Assembly (NCBI GenBank): GCA_951406725.2
Contig: OX597814.1
Coordinates: 183,458,001-183,522,000, forward strand
DNA: 64,000 bases
From: Octopus vulgaris
Lineage: Eukaryota
Reading direction: 5' to 3'
The notes below the pieces were generated by a model that saw only the letters and a list, made by a program, of their open reading frames with translations, was not told where the DNA came from and did not search any database. The translations under genes and the position numbers were made by a program. Of the stretch, positions 1 through 14,445 are shown one piece after another. How positions within the stretch are numbered: position 1 is the stretch's first letter; every line of letters starts with the position of its first letter.

Positions 1-75
1 TTTCGCCTGTAAAGATGTAAACTTGCTAGCCACCTTATTATTATTAATTAAGGTAATAATATATTTATATTTGTG

Positions 76-1155
<1,080 letters not shown>

Positions 1156-2999
1156 ACATCATTTGGCCCACGTATTGATTCGCTAGATATAAACGTAAAA
1201 TAATATCATGAATACGTAGCATATAGCGATGTCTTCAATTAGATCCTGTCCTCAAAGCTAAGTTTCACAGAGTTCCCAAGCGACTTCCTCTGTTTTTTTG
1301 CCTATTTCTACTAGAGTTATATCGCTTGATATATTGTTTTAACTTAGAACGAATACAATTTTTTTTTTTTGAAATATAGAATTTAGCAAACGCAGATTGT
1401 ACATCATTGTAATTTATAACCAAGTATTTTTACAGGAAAAGTTTTCAATTGTATTTAAGAGAATGGCAGCAATGACATACAATAATATATAAAATATATT
1501 GTGTGTATTTCCTCTATTTTAAAATGGCGTCTTTGTTGACTGACTTCCTTCACATTTTTACTGTCCAACATATTTGGTTAGTTTTATTTGTTTCTTAATC
1601 AAGATAAATTCTCAATTTAGATAACTGGACGACAGTTCTGCTCTAGGGTTGTTTGTATTTTCGTAGTCATGCCTAAACCGACAGCACTGATAACAGAAAT
1701 GTTTAATTGGCACGACTAATTTGACACATAGAAACGCCCTTTCAGCTTGATATTAGTTAAAGGAAATATTAAACATAAATTATTTGACAAACGGCCGAAA
1801 GTATTTTACGATTGGTTATAGCAACGATAGTTTAATTAAAACTGTTTTCTGTCATAGTAAAAAATATAAAATAAATATGATATAAATTAGACCACTAGTT
1901 TTTATTGTTTTGTAACATTTTTGTAAACTCAGACGAGTTGATTAAACTCAACCATTGCATTGCTAGTACTATGTTATATAACGTAGTACCAGTAATATAC
2001 TATGTACAATTCAAAAACGTCGGGCTCGGCTGTTGAGTTACATTGAGTTAATTAAAAGTGCAACTGAATGAATGACATTTGATTGCGCAGACAGGAATGG
2101 TACAGTTTCGCAAAATATGATGAGCGATGGACAATGTCCACAGATGAGATTCATAAGTGATTCAGATGTCAAGCACAGATGAAGGCTTTGGTTTCGACTA
2201 AGTTCTCAGGATGAAAAGACCAATAGCGTGTGATATACTAGTCCAAATTTACTGTGTATGCACTGATCTGCGAAACTACAGATACCGTAATGGTGGCTAC
2301 ACGCCTTCATTAATAAATGATGTGGTGTTTTTTCTTCTTTTAGCTATTTTAATCAGCAATGAAACATTAGTTTCAAATTTTGGCACAAGGCCAGCAATTT
2401 TTGAGAAGGGGAGTAAATCAATTGCATTGACCCTGGAGTTCAACTGATACTTATTTTATCGACCGCGAAATTATGAAAGGCAAACTTAACCTCGGCAGAA
2501 TTTGATCTCAATGAGCAATGAAATATTAAAAGCTGTTACTTTTAATTGCCAGAATTCTGAGATTCAGGAGAACGGTAGCCTATGAATATATACTGGGATA
2601 AGTGTCATATTTATGCATTATTTAAAGCTGTCTATACCTTATTCTTACTCTATATCTGCGAATGAAATAGTTGTGCATTTAAGGAGTGCAAATTTTGGTG
2701 GTGTAAGGAATCAAAATGGTATCAGTTGTTCACTTAGCAGGGCTTCGAGTATATCAAAGGTAACGCACATTTTTTGAAACTCCAAATATAATGCAAAACT
2801 CCAATAGTTGAATTTCACTGAGGTGGACAGTTTTTATATATGCGTGTGTATGTGCTTGCGTATTTAGGTATGTGCGTGCAAGTGTTTTATAGTACTTAAT
2901 CTCAAACTATACACACCGCTGACAGACTGGTACTTCCATTATCATTGTTTAAAGCCTACATTAAACGTATATTTGAAAACGTTTCAACAAAGACGAATG

Positions 3000-3400
3000 A
3001 GTTGAACAGGCTGAAGTAGGAGTGGTGCGAGGAGTAGATTCTGCTGTTATAACAACAGAAAACACAGAGAGAGGAAACTGCTAATCTGAGACACTAAGTT
3101 TGGGCTGTGTTGGGGGAGCAATTTCATAACAAACATTATGGTGATCTTTCTTTCTTAAGGTCGGTTTAAGGAAGCTGTGTGTAGTAGCGGTACCATCCAA
3201 GATGTGGAAACGGTCATCCATTGTGAGTATCAGCTGTTGAAATACGAAACATTTCTCTGGCTCCTTAAGAGGGAGCCAGAGAAATGATTGAGGAAGTGCG
3301 TATGCCAGGAAAGGTCTTCATTTGTAGCGATTGTGAGTGTTCGAGTTTAGTGGAGTTAACATTTGTGCGTATTTTTGCGCGCTCGTGCCTCTTTTGTGTC
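3000..3400 (-). mobile_element. Decayed CR1/Jockey-like LINE reverse-transcriptase C-terminal fragment
   Basis: Minus strand with frameshifts gives NEDLSWHTH...FQQLILT...SHI/WDGTATTH, resembling the DLSWxxH...CSHIWDG stretch downstream of LINE RT domains. Confidence 0.5.
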
Positions 3401-3438
3401 TGAGATGATTATCTTTGTGCTATGAAGTGGATGTGTAC

Positions 3439-3859
3439 CGTAGGAGTGGCTGTGTGGTCAATAGCTTGCTTACGAACCACATGGTTCGGAATTCAGTCCC
3501 ACTGCGTGACACCTTGGACAAGTGCCTTCTACTATAGCCTCGGGCCCACCAAAGCCTTGTGAGAGGATTTCGTAGACGGAAACTGAAAGAAGCCCGTCGT
3601 ATATATTTATATATATATATATATATATATGAATGTGTGTGTATATGCTTGTGTGTCTGTGTTTGTCCCCCCAACATCGCTTGACAACCGATGCTGGTGT
3701 GTTTACATCCAGTAACTTAGCGGTTCGGCAAAAGGGACTGGTAGAATAAGTACTAGGCTTACAAAGAATAAGTCCTGGAGGTCGATTTGCTCGACTAAAG
3801 ACGGTGCTCCAGCATGGCCGCAGTCAAATGACTGAAACAAGTAAGAGAGTAAAAGAGTA
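3439..3859 (+). mobile_element. SINE family A, full length
   Basis: tRNA-like head (GAGTGGCTGTGTGG...GGTTCGGAATTCAGTCC), internal TA/TG microsatellite, tail GGTGCTCCAGCATGGCCGCAGTCAAATGACTGAAACAAG; many copies in window. Confidence 0.9.
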
Positions 3860-5064
3860 TGAAAGTAGACAAGATTAGTATTGTCTCGTTGGGAAATTTT
3901 TCTAGCTCTATGCTCATGACGTTACTGAAGCTTTAGCTGGGGTTGGCGTCTCAGAAAATACATTCAAGCAAGAATGTAGGATGGTATCATTCAAATACGA
4001 AAGGGTACGGTTATTGTAAACTGACAACATGTACTTCGTTGATATATACGACGAAGGGTGGGGGCGAATGTGAGTTAGAGAGTGAAAGACGTAGATGCCT
4101 ACCTTCTGCTTTTCAGCCTCGTTCACTACAAAACCTCTTTCAGTACAGCCAACAGACAGATAAAAAAACCGCCGGCCCTTTCCGGCCAAAGAAAAGCGGC
4201 GAAAATATCTCAGCAATGAACTCAGATAGTAGCCAGATCCGTACTACATGTGGTAGCAGCTATTCGATATAATTCTACAAGTTAGCAATATTTGGGTACC
4301 GGAGGAGTGCGTATAGAATGTATCCCTTCTACAAAACTGGAAGAGCAGTTGCTCATCTCCGGTTAGACGTGAACTACGGCTATGCATGGCGGTCAGGCAC
4401 TAATCGAAGATAGAAGCAATGTAGGCCTTCGCTCTCTCTACCGAACATTTTAGAGACAACCTCTTCTCGGTCCACTTCTGAGTGACATTACAATATGTTC
4501 GTCACTACGTTTCAGTTCTTCAACATTTGGAAATATGGCCCAGAATAATTTTACCGGTCTGATCACCTGTCCACTGGTCCTCGATTAGAGGAACAGAATA
4601 GATTTGCCTCTCGTGGTGCAGCGCTGGAGTTTCAGCGACTTTCTTGCTTATTGTTTTACTCCTTAGGATAGAGCACTTGCTCTAAATGGTGAAATCTTTG
4701 GAGCTCTTTGACTGGTCCATGGTCAAGATTGACCATGGACGAGCTAGGATCGCTAGAATATCCATACATATTCTGTACCAAAAGAACCCTGTCACTCTGA
4801 ATTATTTGTCGATTATGTATGTTTTTCCTCATTCCATTCTGTTTTCTTTCGATCTTTGTATAAACCATACCACTACTCTTTATACTATCGGTTCCTTACG
4901 TCTTAAGTTCAAATGCCACCGATGTAAACTTTGCTTTTCATCCTTGAGGGAAAGATAAAATAGAGTAATTGTCAAGTACTGGAGTCGATGGTATCGTTCT
5001 CCCTTCCATAATAATTGCCAGCATTGTACCTAAATTAGAACCATTATTATGTATTTTGCATTTT

Positions 5065-5640
5065 GTATTAAGACTATTCTACATATGTGCCATGCCTCTG
5101 TAATGCTTAGTGTTTAAAGCACATATAATAATTTCCTGTTTTCACTTTTATTCTACTCATTTGTTTTCTCAGTTCTTTATATTTATGTAATTTATCCAAT
5201 TTTGTTAGGAATACATTATTTTCTCTTGGGTTAAATAATCAGTCAGAAGGAACTTCCTTTCATGACATTCCAAGTTTGACACATTTACGATTCTCTGAGA
5301 TATCTTCTGATGTATGTTTATACCGTCTCTTTACGGTTGGTGTTTCATAATTCTGGCATAATTTACATTATATGAAACCTCCAGCCTCGTCATGTCTTTA
5401 TTTAAATTTTCTCTTGGTTAACACCAGGCCACCTGAGACAATATAATTTATTGTTTCTACTTATCTTACACACATCCTGCAGTTAATTTATTCCGCATCG
5501 CTATATACCCTTGGTAGTTTCTAACGTATATTTCAGAATTGTGCCAAAAATAAAATGAATCCAGTATCATTTGTGTGTCCTCCACTTAAATATTAAATAT
5601 TAGATATTCGCAGTATAGAAGTTTTTCTTTGTCATAGTCT
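5065..5640 (-). mobile_element. Decayed R4/Dong-like (RLE-clade) LINE 3' fragment
   Basis: Minus strand RNYQGYI...CRMC...ETINYIVSG..LTKRKFK*RHDEAG..CKLCQNY: CCHC zinc-knuckle remnant followed by the RHD motif. Confidence 0.65.
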
Positions 5641-6059
5641 TAGAGTGTCATTCCCTATTCTTATTGTTATCTGATGTTTTAGTCTTCTTTTTTCACCAAT
5701 TTGTGATGTTTCTCCATTCACAGTTATCTATCTTTTATTTCTTAATCGCTTCAATTATTGGACTGCGGCTATGTTGGTACAACCTCTTAAAAGGTTTTCA
5801 TCTACCAAATCGACTCTCGTGCTTATTTTTAGTGTGGCAATTATTCTGTCTGTTTATTTTCCCCGAATCGCCATGTTACAGGCACATAAACAAACCAGCA
5901 CTGGTTGCTAAGTGGTGGGAAAACAGACATAGATATACACACCTATAAACGCACGCATGCGCGCGCAAACTCACACACTCACACGCTTACACACTCACAT
6001 GCTTACACACTCACATGCTTACACACTCACATGCTTACACGCTGACACATATGCATATA

Positions 6060-6420
6060 GAAGTTTTAGTCGAATGAACCGACCCAAGTATTTATTTTTT
6101 AAGCCTGGCAATTATTAATTCGGTCCCCTTTGCCAAACAAGTTGGTTACTGGGACGCAAACACATCAACACCGGTTGTCAAGCGGTAATGGAGAGACAGA
6201 CACAGACAAAAAGACACTCATGCACACATACACACACATACATATATAAATATGCATACTACAGGCTACTTTCAGTTTCCGTCTACCAAATCCACTCACA
6301 AAGCTTTGGTCAGCCTGGGGCTATCGTAAAAAAACACTTGCATAAGTGCCACGCAATAGAACTAAACCCAGAACCATGTGGTTGGGACGTAATCTAATTA
6401 CCGCACAGCCACTCCTGCCA
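6060..6420 (-). mobile_element. SINE family A
   Basis: Reverse-complement match to 3439-3859. Confidence 0.85.
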
Positions 6421-6539
6421 CTATACATATATAAAAATATATATGTATATTTGTTTATAGTGATCAAATGTATGTGCTGTACATTAGCTTAATCTCTCCA
6501 TCAAATTGAAGTTGCTTGAACACGTGCACGGAGTTCCAC

Positions 6540-6680
6540 GCGTCAGGCGCCGAAGTGATCGCAGAGTAACGTGAGAGGAAGTTCTTTGCTCAAGAACACA
6601 ATGCACCACTCTGTCTGAGAATTGAAGCCATGATCTCCCAATCGCGAGTGCAACTGCCTAACCACTAGGAACTTGCGCCC
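6540..6680 (-). mobile_element. SINE family C head fragment (degenerate)
   Basis: TTGCTCAAGAACACAA...CTAACCACTAG matches the reverse complement of the family C head. Confidence 0.6.
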
Positions 6681-7259
6681 TAAATAAATGTATATATATA
6701 TTATATATGTATTGTATGTATCCACATTCACACAGACACACATACACACACACACACACACATATATATAAAAGTCAGGTTGTGTGTGTGTGTAAACCTG
6801 CATAACTTTTGAAGTTCACAACTGATTTTCTTCAAACTGGGACATACATTACTTATGTTCCAGAGATGGTTTTAGACTCTTAAAATTTTCCCCATAATGA
6901 GTAACAGGTCCTCTGGGAGCAGAAAACAAGTTTTCCTGGGTTGCATGGAGAAGGAACTCTTGGCGAAGTAACTTTCAGAAATTGATTGTGTTCCTTGCAT
7001 CCAACGCGATTAATCAGCTGAATATTTTTCACCTTTTTAAAATATTGATATTAATTAATTTTTTTGTCGACATTTAATTATTTGCATAATCGTCTCATCT
7101 CAGTTCATTGTATGTAATTCTTAAAAATTTGCTTAGATATTGATATTACTTACCATTTTTATTGTCATTTCGTTATTAACGTACATTTGTCATGTTATTT
7201 TATTACATCATATTTCTTGACATAATGTCTCCAAAGTGGAGATCCTCCATTGGTCGAAA

Positions 7260-7878
7260 AATTATCACAATATCAATTGGCTGTGTGTAAAAATAATACT
7301 GGCGCCAAAAAGACAGTACTGTAAGTAAAATTAATGAGCAGCTGCTACAGTACCTTCCTGGAAGTCTTCACATTTATAAGTCAGTTGATACTATCCCAAA
7401 TCTTGAAGAAGTGGTAATTAACCAACAGAGTTTCTCAATTCATTGGCGCCTCCACGACTACCTCCCCACAGATTGGAACTTAAAGTGGGGACCCCGGTAT
7501 TATTGAGAAATTTAGATCTACAATGGGATACATCTGGTGGTAAAAAAGATGGTGCCACTTGGTACTGAGGCCACCATTCTCTCTGGATGTGGAAAAGGCT
7601 AGGATATTTTCATACCCAGGATTCGTCTCATTCCATCCGGAGCAGAATTTCCTTTGTCATTCAGATGTGTGCAATTTGCTATTCGTATCAGCTTCGTAAT
7701 ATCGATTAATAAATCCCAGGGTCAAACACTGTCTGTGGTAGGAATTCACATGGAAGAGCTGTGCTTCTCACACGGGCAATTATATGTTGCCTTCTCTAGA
7801 GTGGGGAGCAAAATAATTCTACTTGCATTTGTTCCACAAGGAAAAAAAAAGAATATTTTTTACCAAAAGGTTTTGTAG
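7260..7878 (+). pseudogene. Helitron PIF1-like helicase C-terminal fragment, frameshifted
   Basis: WLC..ILAPK..INEQLL..YKSVD..PTEFLNSL.PP.LPPHRLELKVG.P..LLRNLD and QFAIRISFVISINKSQGQTL..CFSHGQLYVAFSRV are PIF1/Helitron helicase motifs. Confidence 0.92.
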
Positions 7879-7893
7879 GAATTACTGCATCCT

Positions 7894-8419
7894 ATGATGC
7901 GCTCCATATCTACACACTTTGTAAATGATGAAGATGGATACCATTCCGGCATAATACCAGCAAACCCGCAGACTACACCAACAAAGCAGTTTCCTGCATG
8001 GATTTCAGTATCAAAGCATATTCTCCGATTACTTCCACCAACCACAAGGTAAGCCATTACGCCTTATTTTTTCAAGTAATTCATTATTACATATTCACAT
8101 GTGACTGCATAGACTCAGTTTATATATTTTACTCTACAGCCACACCAGTAATCCAATGTTAACTCCTCGCCTTCAGCAACATTTCAACAGTTCACTTGCC
8201 CGTTCACGTCTCCCATTGCGAAATGTACCCATTTACGTACAATATCTCCATTACACCTATATTCATTCGACTATCAGCCGTACGATGGATTGGGTTAGAC
8301 AGCGCCGACCGCTGCAAAGGAGAGTATATTCACTGCCATCTTTTCAGTGCGTTCAAACACCACATACCCCAATTTTCCATGACAGATTAGGGCCTGAAAT
8401 CCTACAAACGGACGCATGA
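7894..8419 (+). CDS. Putative two-exon ORF (144 aa, unknown product) inside the Helitron; exons 7894-8048 and 8140-8419
   Basis: Donor AAG|GTAAGC at 8049 and acceptor TTTTACTCTACAG at 8139; splicing joins two open frames in phase. Confidence 0.35.
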
Positions 8420-8570
8420 TATGTCGATTAGTCGAATTAGCCCATCATTTACTCCACAAATGTTTTGTAGTCAATGCTGTATTTTCCCGTATAACATGTT
8501 TCAACATAGCTGTAATAAATATACAAGCTACGCCATTTTAATCCCGAGTATCGGTGGCTATATCTGCTAG

Positions 8571-8979
8571 TATGTATGTATGTATGTATGTATGTATGTA
8601 TGTATGTATGTATGTATGTATGTATGTATGCGTGTACGTATGTATGCATACATGTATATATGTATGTACGCGTACATGTATATATGTATGTGCGTATGTA
8701 TGTATACATCTATATATGTATGTGCGTATGTATACATCTATATATGTATGTATGTATGTATGTATGTACGTATGTATGTATACATGTATGTTTGCATGTA
8801 TGCATGTAATCTATGTGTCCATGCATACACACACATATATATGTGTGTGTGTAAATATGTATCTTTCTAATGTATGCACGTAAATATACATATATATGTA
8901 TATACATAGATACATATATGTATGTATATATTTATATATATATATATATATATTTATTTATCTCTGTGTGTATATATAT

Positions 8980-9063
<84 letters not shown>

Positions 9064-9074
9064 AAATTTCTTTC

Positions 9075-9113
<39 letters not shown>

Positions 9114-9125
9114 GTATATATATAG
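8571..9125. repeat. Compound microsatellite (TATG, TA, TG, TC)
   Basis: Direct read. Confidence 0.95.
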
Positions 9126-9951
9126 GGAGAAAAGAATGTAAAGGTATGAGTAAGAGAAGTCAGAAAGATAGACAGATTATGGGAAATGAGTGAGTGAATG
9201 AATGAGTGAGGAAGTGAATAAGAGAGCGAGAGAAAAAGATACAGATATTTTACATTTACATATGTAAGCATGCAAGTGTGAATACATTATTGTACGTAGG
9301 ATGCCCTCGAACACACACACACAAATAAGCACTAGAAAAGTTAGCGACATCGCTTCCACAGCAAACAGGAATTTGAGATGTGTTGTCGCTAGGACGACAA
9401 CACATCTCAAATTCTATCGTGCACATGCGCCGGGAAAACGGAAGGAATTGAAGACAGGAAGTGTCTCTCTCTCTCACTCACTCTTTCACTTTCACTTTCA
9501 CACTATCTCTTCTTCTCATACATAATTGCACATTTATTTAAATAAGCATATATATATATATATAATATTTTTGTAAACGTATAGATATATATATGTATAC
9601 AGGAATACATACATACACACTTACACATACATGTTTATATATGTATATATGTACACGTGTATATATTTTATACATACATACATATATATGTGTGTGTGTA
9701 TGTATGTATGTATATACTGTGTATGTACTTATCTAAGCATAAATATCTGGGGGGTGTCTATGTATGTATGTATAAAATATATACACATGTACATATGTAC
9801 ATACATAAACATGTATGTGTAAGTGTGTATGTATGTATTCCTGTATACATATATATTTATACGTTTACAAAAAAATTATATATATATATATATATATATA
9901 TTGAGACCAGTAAGAAACGATTATGAACTTCTCCATTACACCCTTTATAAT

Positions 9952-9996
9952 ATTTTTGATGAGGTTCGTTTTTTCAAGAACCGAAACATGTAAAAT
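9952..9996 (+). ncRNA. Minimal type I hammerhead ribozyme motif (C3U variant)
   Basis: ATTT-TTGATGA-GGTTC(gttttttcaa)GAACC-GAAA-CATG-TA-AAAT; palindromic stem III ACATGT; inside a ~150-bp insert between TA runs. Confidence 0.6.
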
Positions 9997-10050
9997 TCAT
10001 AAGAAAATTAAAATTTATCGAATATAGTGGCGTTTTCAAACTTCTTTTTT

Positions 10051-10101
<51 letters not shown>

Positions 10102-10109
10102 CATAGACA

Positions 10110-10290
10110 CACATTTGGTGTTGTATTTGGTTTGCAAGATTCTTTACATGAATTTGTCAATGAGTGTCGAAGGGGTTGCCAGAAACAACGAAATTTTTAG
10201 AAAGAATAAATAAGTAAATGAGTGGAAATCCAACCGCTGTGTTAATTAATAAAGCATTAAAACAGAATGACCCTCCCTAGACACAATACA
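10110..10290 (+). mobile_element. Penelope-like fragment, same family as 52853-53110
   Basis: TTTGGTTTGCAAGATT and GGTTG..CAACGAAATTTTTAG..AGTGGAA match the reverse complement of parts of 52853-53110; lies between microsatellites. Confidence 0.5.
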
Positions 10291-10293
10291 ATA

Positions 10294-10350
<57 letters not shown>

Positions 10351-10560
10351 CAACTAATAAGGGTGAGAAAATTGGATACTAATTTAATAGTACCATCAAT
10401 TTAACACCAAGTGGCTTAGTGCATAGAAAACCGGGAATACAATAAATTTCATAAGTAAATATAAGAGAGTGATCACTATGTGGTCGACTCTAGCACTAAA
10501 AATAGATTCGCTAGGGTTTCAGCCACGAAGAATTGTTTCCGATGAAAGTTAGCACAACTT

Positions 10561-10628
<68 letters not shown>

Positions 10629-11705
10629 TGTGTGTCTGTTTTTCTGTCAAGTTACATAAAAATAATCTTCCATGAAGCTGAAGGATTATTCAATACCTTT
10701 TGTAGGGTACATATTATTCGTTAATCCCTGTGAACACTTCTTGCTAAAGGAATAATACACACACACCTACACGCACGCACACATTAAAGGAATAATACAC
10801 ACACACACACACGAGGGCGCACACGCACACACAATACATATGTTTGTATGCATGTACATGCACGCATAGACATATACACGTACAAACACATGCACGTGAA
10901 TGTGTGAGTGTGTGTGTATGCTTGAGTATTTGTGAGTATGTGTATATAGCGCGCCTTCACTTGCAGGTGATTTGTTGTTTCCTGAAATGTTTACGTGTTC
11001 CTCTTATTTGTGTTATCCTTTGACGAAAGAAAGAAGAATTAGAATACCCAGATAAATTTCTTCATTGCTATTTAATTACGCTACTTGTCTTCATAATTTA
11101 CTTTCTGGTAGTGTTCATTTTTATTTTCACTTTTACTTTCATTCTTTAATAAGCAGGAATAATATTCGACAGCCTTATCGTCAGCTATATCCATCATGTA
11201 CAAACTATCATAGCTGTTCTTTGTGATACAGCATCGTTATTTTCCACTTTGGTTAACCTTAGCAACGCCACCGATGATGCGAATATCATTATGCCCATCA
11301 TCATTAGCATCACCCGCAGTTCCTACTGCTACACAATTTCTTCATCCTTCTATTCCCCTCTCTCTCGTCGCCGTCGTTGTCATCAATGTCATCGTCATCA
11401 TTGCCATCATCATGATTACCATTGCCGTCCTCCTCCTTCTCCCGCTCTTCATCATCATCACCATCATCCTCATAATCATCATCATCATCATTGCCACCCT
11501 CCTCTTCCTAAAATTCCGCCATATTATCGTTTCGCTGTTTTGATTCTCCTCAAAGATTTGCAAGTGTTTAGAATTCAGAGAAAACGAAATCAATTTAGTC
11601 TCACTGGAACAATGCCTACAACAATAAATTGCTGGTTTAGTTAAAGCTTCAGAAAAGTTAAAAAAAAAAAAATTAAAGGATAAAAATGTACGTTATTCCC
11701 CTCTT

Positions 11706-11912
11706 GAGCTGGCAGAATCGTTAGCACGCTGAATGAAATGCTTTACGGTATTTCGCGCGTCGCTACGGTCTCGGTTAAAATTCCGCCGAGGTCGACTTTG
11801 CCTTTTATCCTTCGGGGTTGGATAAAATAAGTAAGTACCAGTTGAATACTTAGGTCGATGTAATGTATTCATCACCTCCCCCAAACTGAGGCACTTGTAG
11901 CAAAATTTGAAA
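11706..11912 (+). mobile_element. SINE family D (Nin/Deu-like central domain)
   Basis: GAGCTGGCAGAATCGTTAGCACG...AATTCCGCCGAGGTCGACTTTGCCTTT...AGTACCAGTTG. Confidence 0.85.
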
Positions 11913-11917
11913 CTATC

Positions 11918-11929
11918 ATTATTATTATT

Positions 11930-11961
<32 letters not shown>

Positions 11962-12285
11962 TATTATTATTGAGTGAGAGAGCAACGTATGTCATCAAAG
12001 TGACACTGGGGTAAAATATACGAAGCTTAGTATACCCATCATGACTACCTGTCAGATAAGGGTACACCAGGCACATGCATCACAACAGTATGTACGCGAC
12101 ATGGTGATCTTATATCAAGATAAGATATCATGGTGACCTTGGTGGGGCGGGGACAGTTAGAATTTTCTCCTGGTCGAGTAACCCATCCCGCTCAAAAGGA
12201 TGAAAGGCAAAGTCGACCTCGGCGGAATTTGAACTCAGAACGTAGCGGCAGACGAAATACAGCTAAGCATTTTGACTGCGCCAGC
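11918..12285 (-). mobile_element. Family D head joined to a different 3' module ending in an (AAT/GAT)n tail
   Basis: D sequence at 12195-12285 runs into a ~225-bp distinct module and then a trinucleotide tail on the minus strand. Confidence 0.55.
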
Positions 12286-13811
12286 AAATGTTTCTGTCTG
12301 TTCGCTGTTTTTCAATACGCTTGTCATAAAATACATCTACTTCATTTTCAAACAATTAGAAATAGGAAACAATGAATAACTTCCTTCACTTTGGATAATG
12401 TTAATGAACATTTGACTGCTAAGCATGTGAATTAAGAGAGAGAAAGAAAATATTTGCCAGTATAAAACTAGAGTGAAATTAAGTCTGTGTAGTTATGGTA
12501 TGGAACGTGCATTTAAAGAACCTTCATGGAATCAATATTGTATCTCGTTATACCCTAAGTTTCTGCATGATTGAATTTTCTAGAGAAATTCGATGGCCAT
12601 AGAAATCATCGTATATATTGCATTGTTTTACTTTGATTTATCGCTTTCAGTTTCAAGATCAAATCAACCTGGGTTGGTTTTCACGTCTTCCTTTCAACTG
12701 CCGGTATAGATAAAATATGTGCGTTTAATATAACGGAGCTGATTCATTCTCTATTGAGACTTGCGTTGAGATTTCACAAAAGGGAGAAAAAAAAATCAAT
12801 AATCGCTTCACAAAGCAAGTTAGTGTTTCCCGTGAATCGGTGCATTTCTAGTGGATTTGTACCGAGATATATAGGTCTTCTATGAATGAAACCCCCGTAT
12901 ATTTGGCTAAAAGAGGACATCGGGTTTAGAATATAACAATCATATGAGTAAAAAACACAAGCAAAAAATAATCACACCGTCTATTTTAAGAAGCACAAAC
13001 TTGAAACAGTTACATGATTCAGAGCGATTAATGCAGCGGCCTAATTAAATTATATCAATAGATGAAGGCGTCGCTAGTAGTTGTAACCTTAATTAAATAT
13101 CATAACAGATGGCAAGGCGAGATTTTCATAGCTATGGTGTCTCCACAGCCATCATTTTAACAAAACACCATGTAAACAATGAATGCACTTGTCTATCTAG
13201 GGTGTGTGTTCTTTTAATATTGGCTTCGGGGATTCGTAGGCGGTGTACTGGATGCACCCAACATGTGTAGTACACACACGCTTCAAATACCGTTTTACGT
13301 ATCCGTTCAGTAAAGCATTTATATATCTACATAGAAGAGGGAGCGATTTTTTTCTCGTATGTGAATGCGTGTACTTTCGTCGTGCGCGTGTGTATGATTT
13401 TCTATGTATAAATTTATATGCATATATAATTTTAATATGTATGTGTATGTGACAATGTACGTATATGGATACATACGTACATACCACTCCCAAGCTTATA
13501 ACTTATTCATATACTTCATCATATGTAGAGTATGTCTTCATTACGTATTTGGAACGAAATTTATCTTCTATAATGGGAAAAAAAGGAGCTTTATTTTTTA
13601 ACAAAAGTGGACATATGCTCATACACACACAAGTATGTATGTGCGTATATACATATGTATACGGGCACGTGTGCACAGACACAAATATGCGCATACACAT
13701 GAGTGACTCCCACATAATTAGTTCAGTTGTGTTCCTGTTGAATCCAACTAATAATTATATGATAATTGTAGTTCGTTTCCGACAGCATTAACACTACTCC
13801 AATAATATATA

Positions 13812-14168
<357 letters not shown>

Positions 14169-14289
14169 TTTTGTATAGATACTTAAATACTTATATAAAC
14201 GCACACATAGCACACATTGGAATAATTATCACAGAAAACGCACTTGGTATTTTAAGTTTTATAAAATACACTTGTTTCAGTAAATCGAC

Positions 14290-14445
14290 TGTCATTTTTA
14301 TGTAAGGCAATTCACCAAATGGTGTGCTGCAGTTGATATACCTGTTCAGCATCAACAGATGCCTTCCCTAATATATCCCAGCTATATAAGTTATTTTCAT
14401 TAATTAAACATAGTTAGTCCGGAAACTTTTTGATACTACCTCGTA
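14290..14445 (-). mobile_element. Mariner-like element end
   Basis: Reverse complement reads TA|CGAGGTAGTATCAAAAAGTTTCCGGACT, a mariner-type TIR with TA target. Confidence 0.6.

Larger units (their letters stand above)
6762..8570 (+). mobile_element. Helitron (internally deleted, non-autonomous)
   Basis: 5' ATATATATAAAAG followed by GT repeat, internal helicase remnant, 3' degenerate hairpin then CTAG at 8567-8570 followed by T. Confidence 0.8.

Noticed and set aside
3250-3286. Perfect 15-bp hairpin CATTTCTCTGGCTCC/GGAGCCAGAGAAATG as pre-miRNA or terminator
   Set aside because: Too short for a pre-miRNA and lies in a decayed LINE; probably a local template-switch inversion
11223-11644. His-rich or hydrophobic ORFs
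   Set aside because: Degenerate (CAT)n trinucleotide repeat
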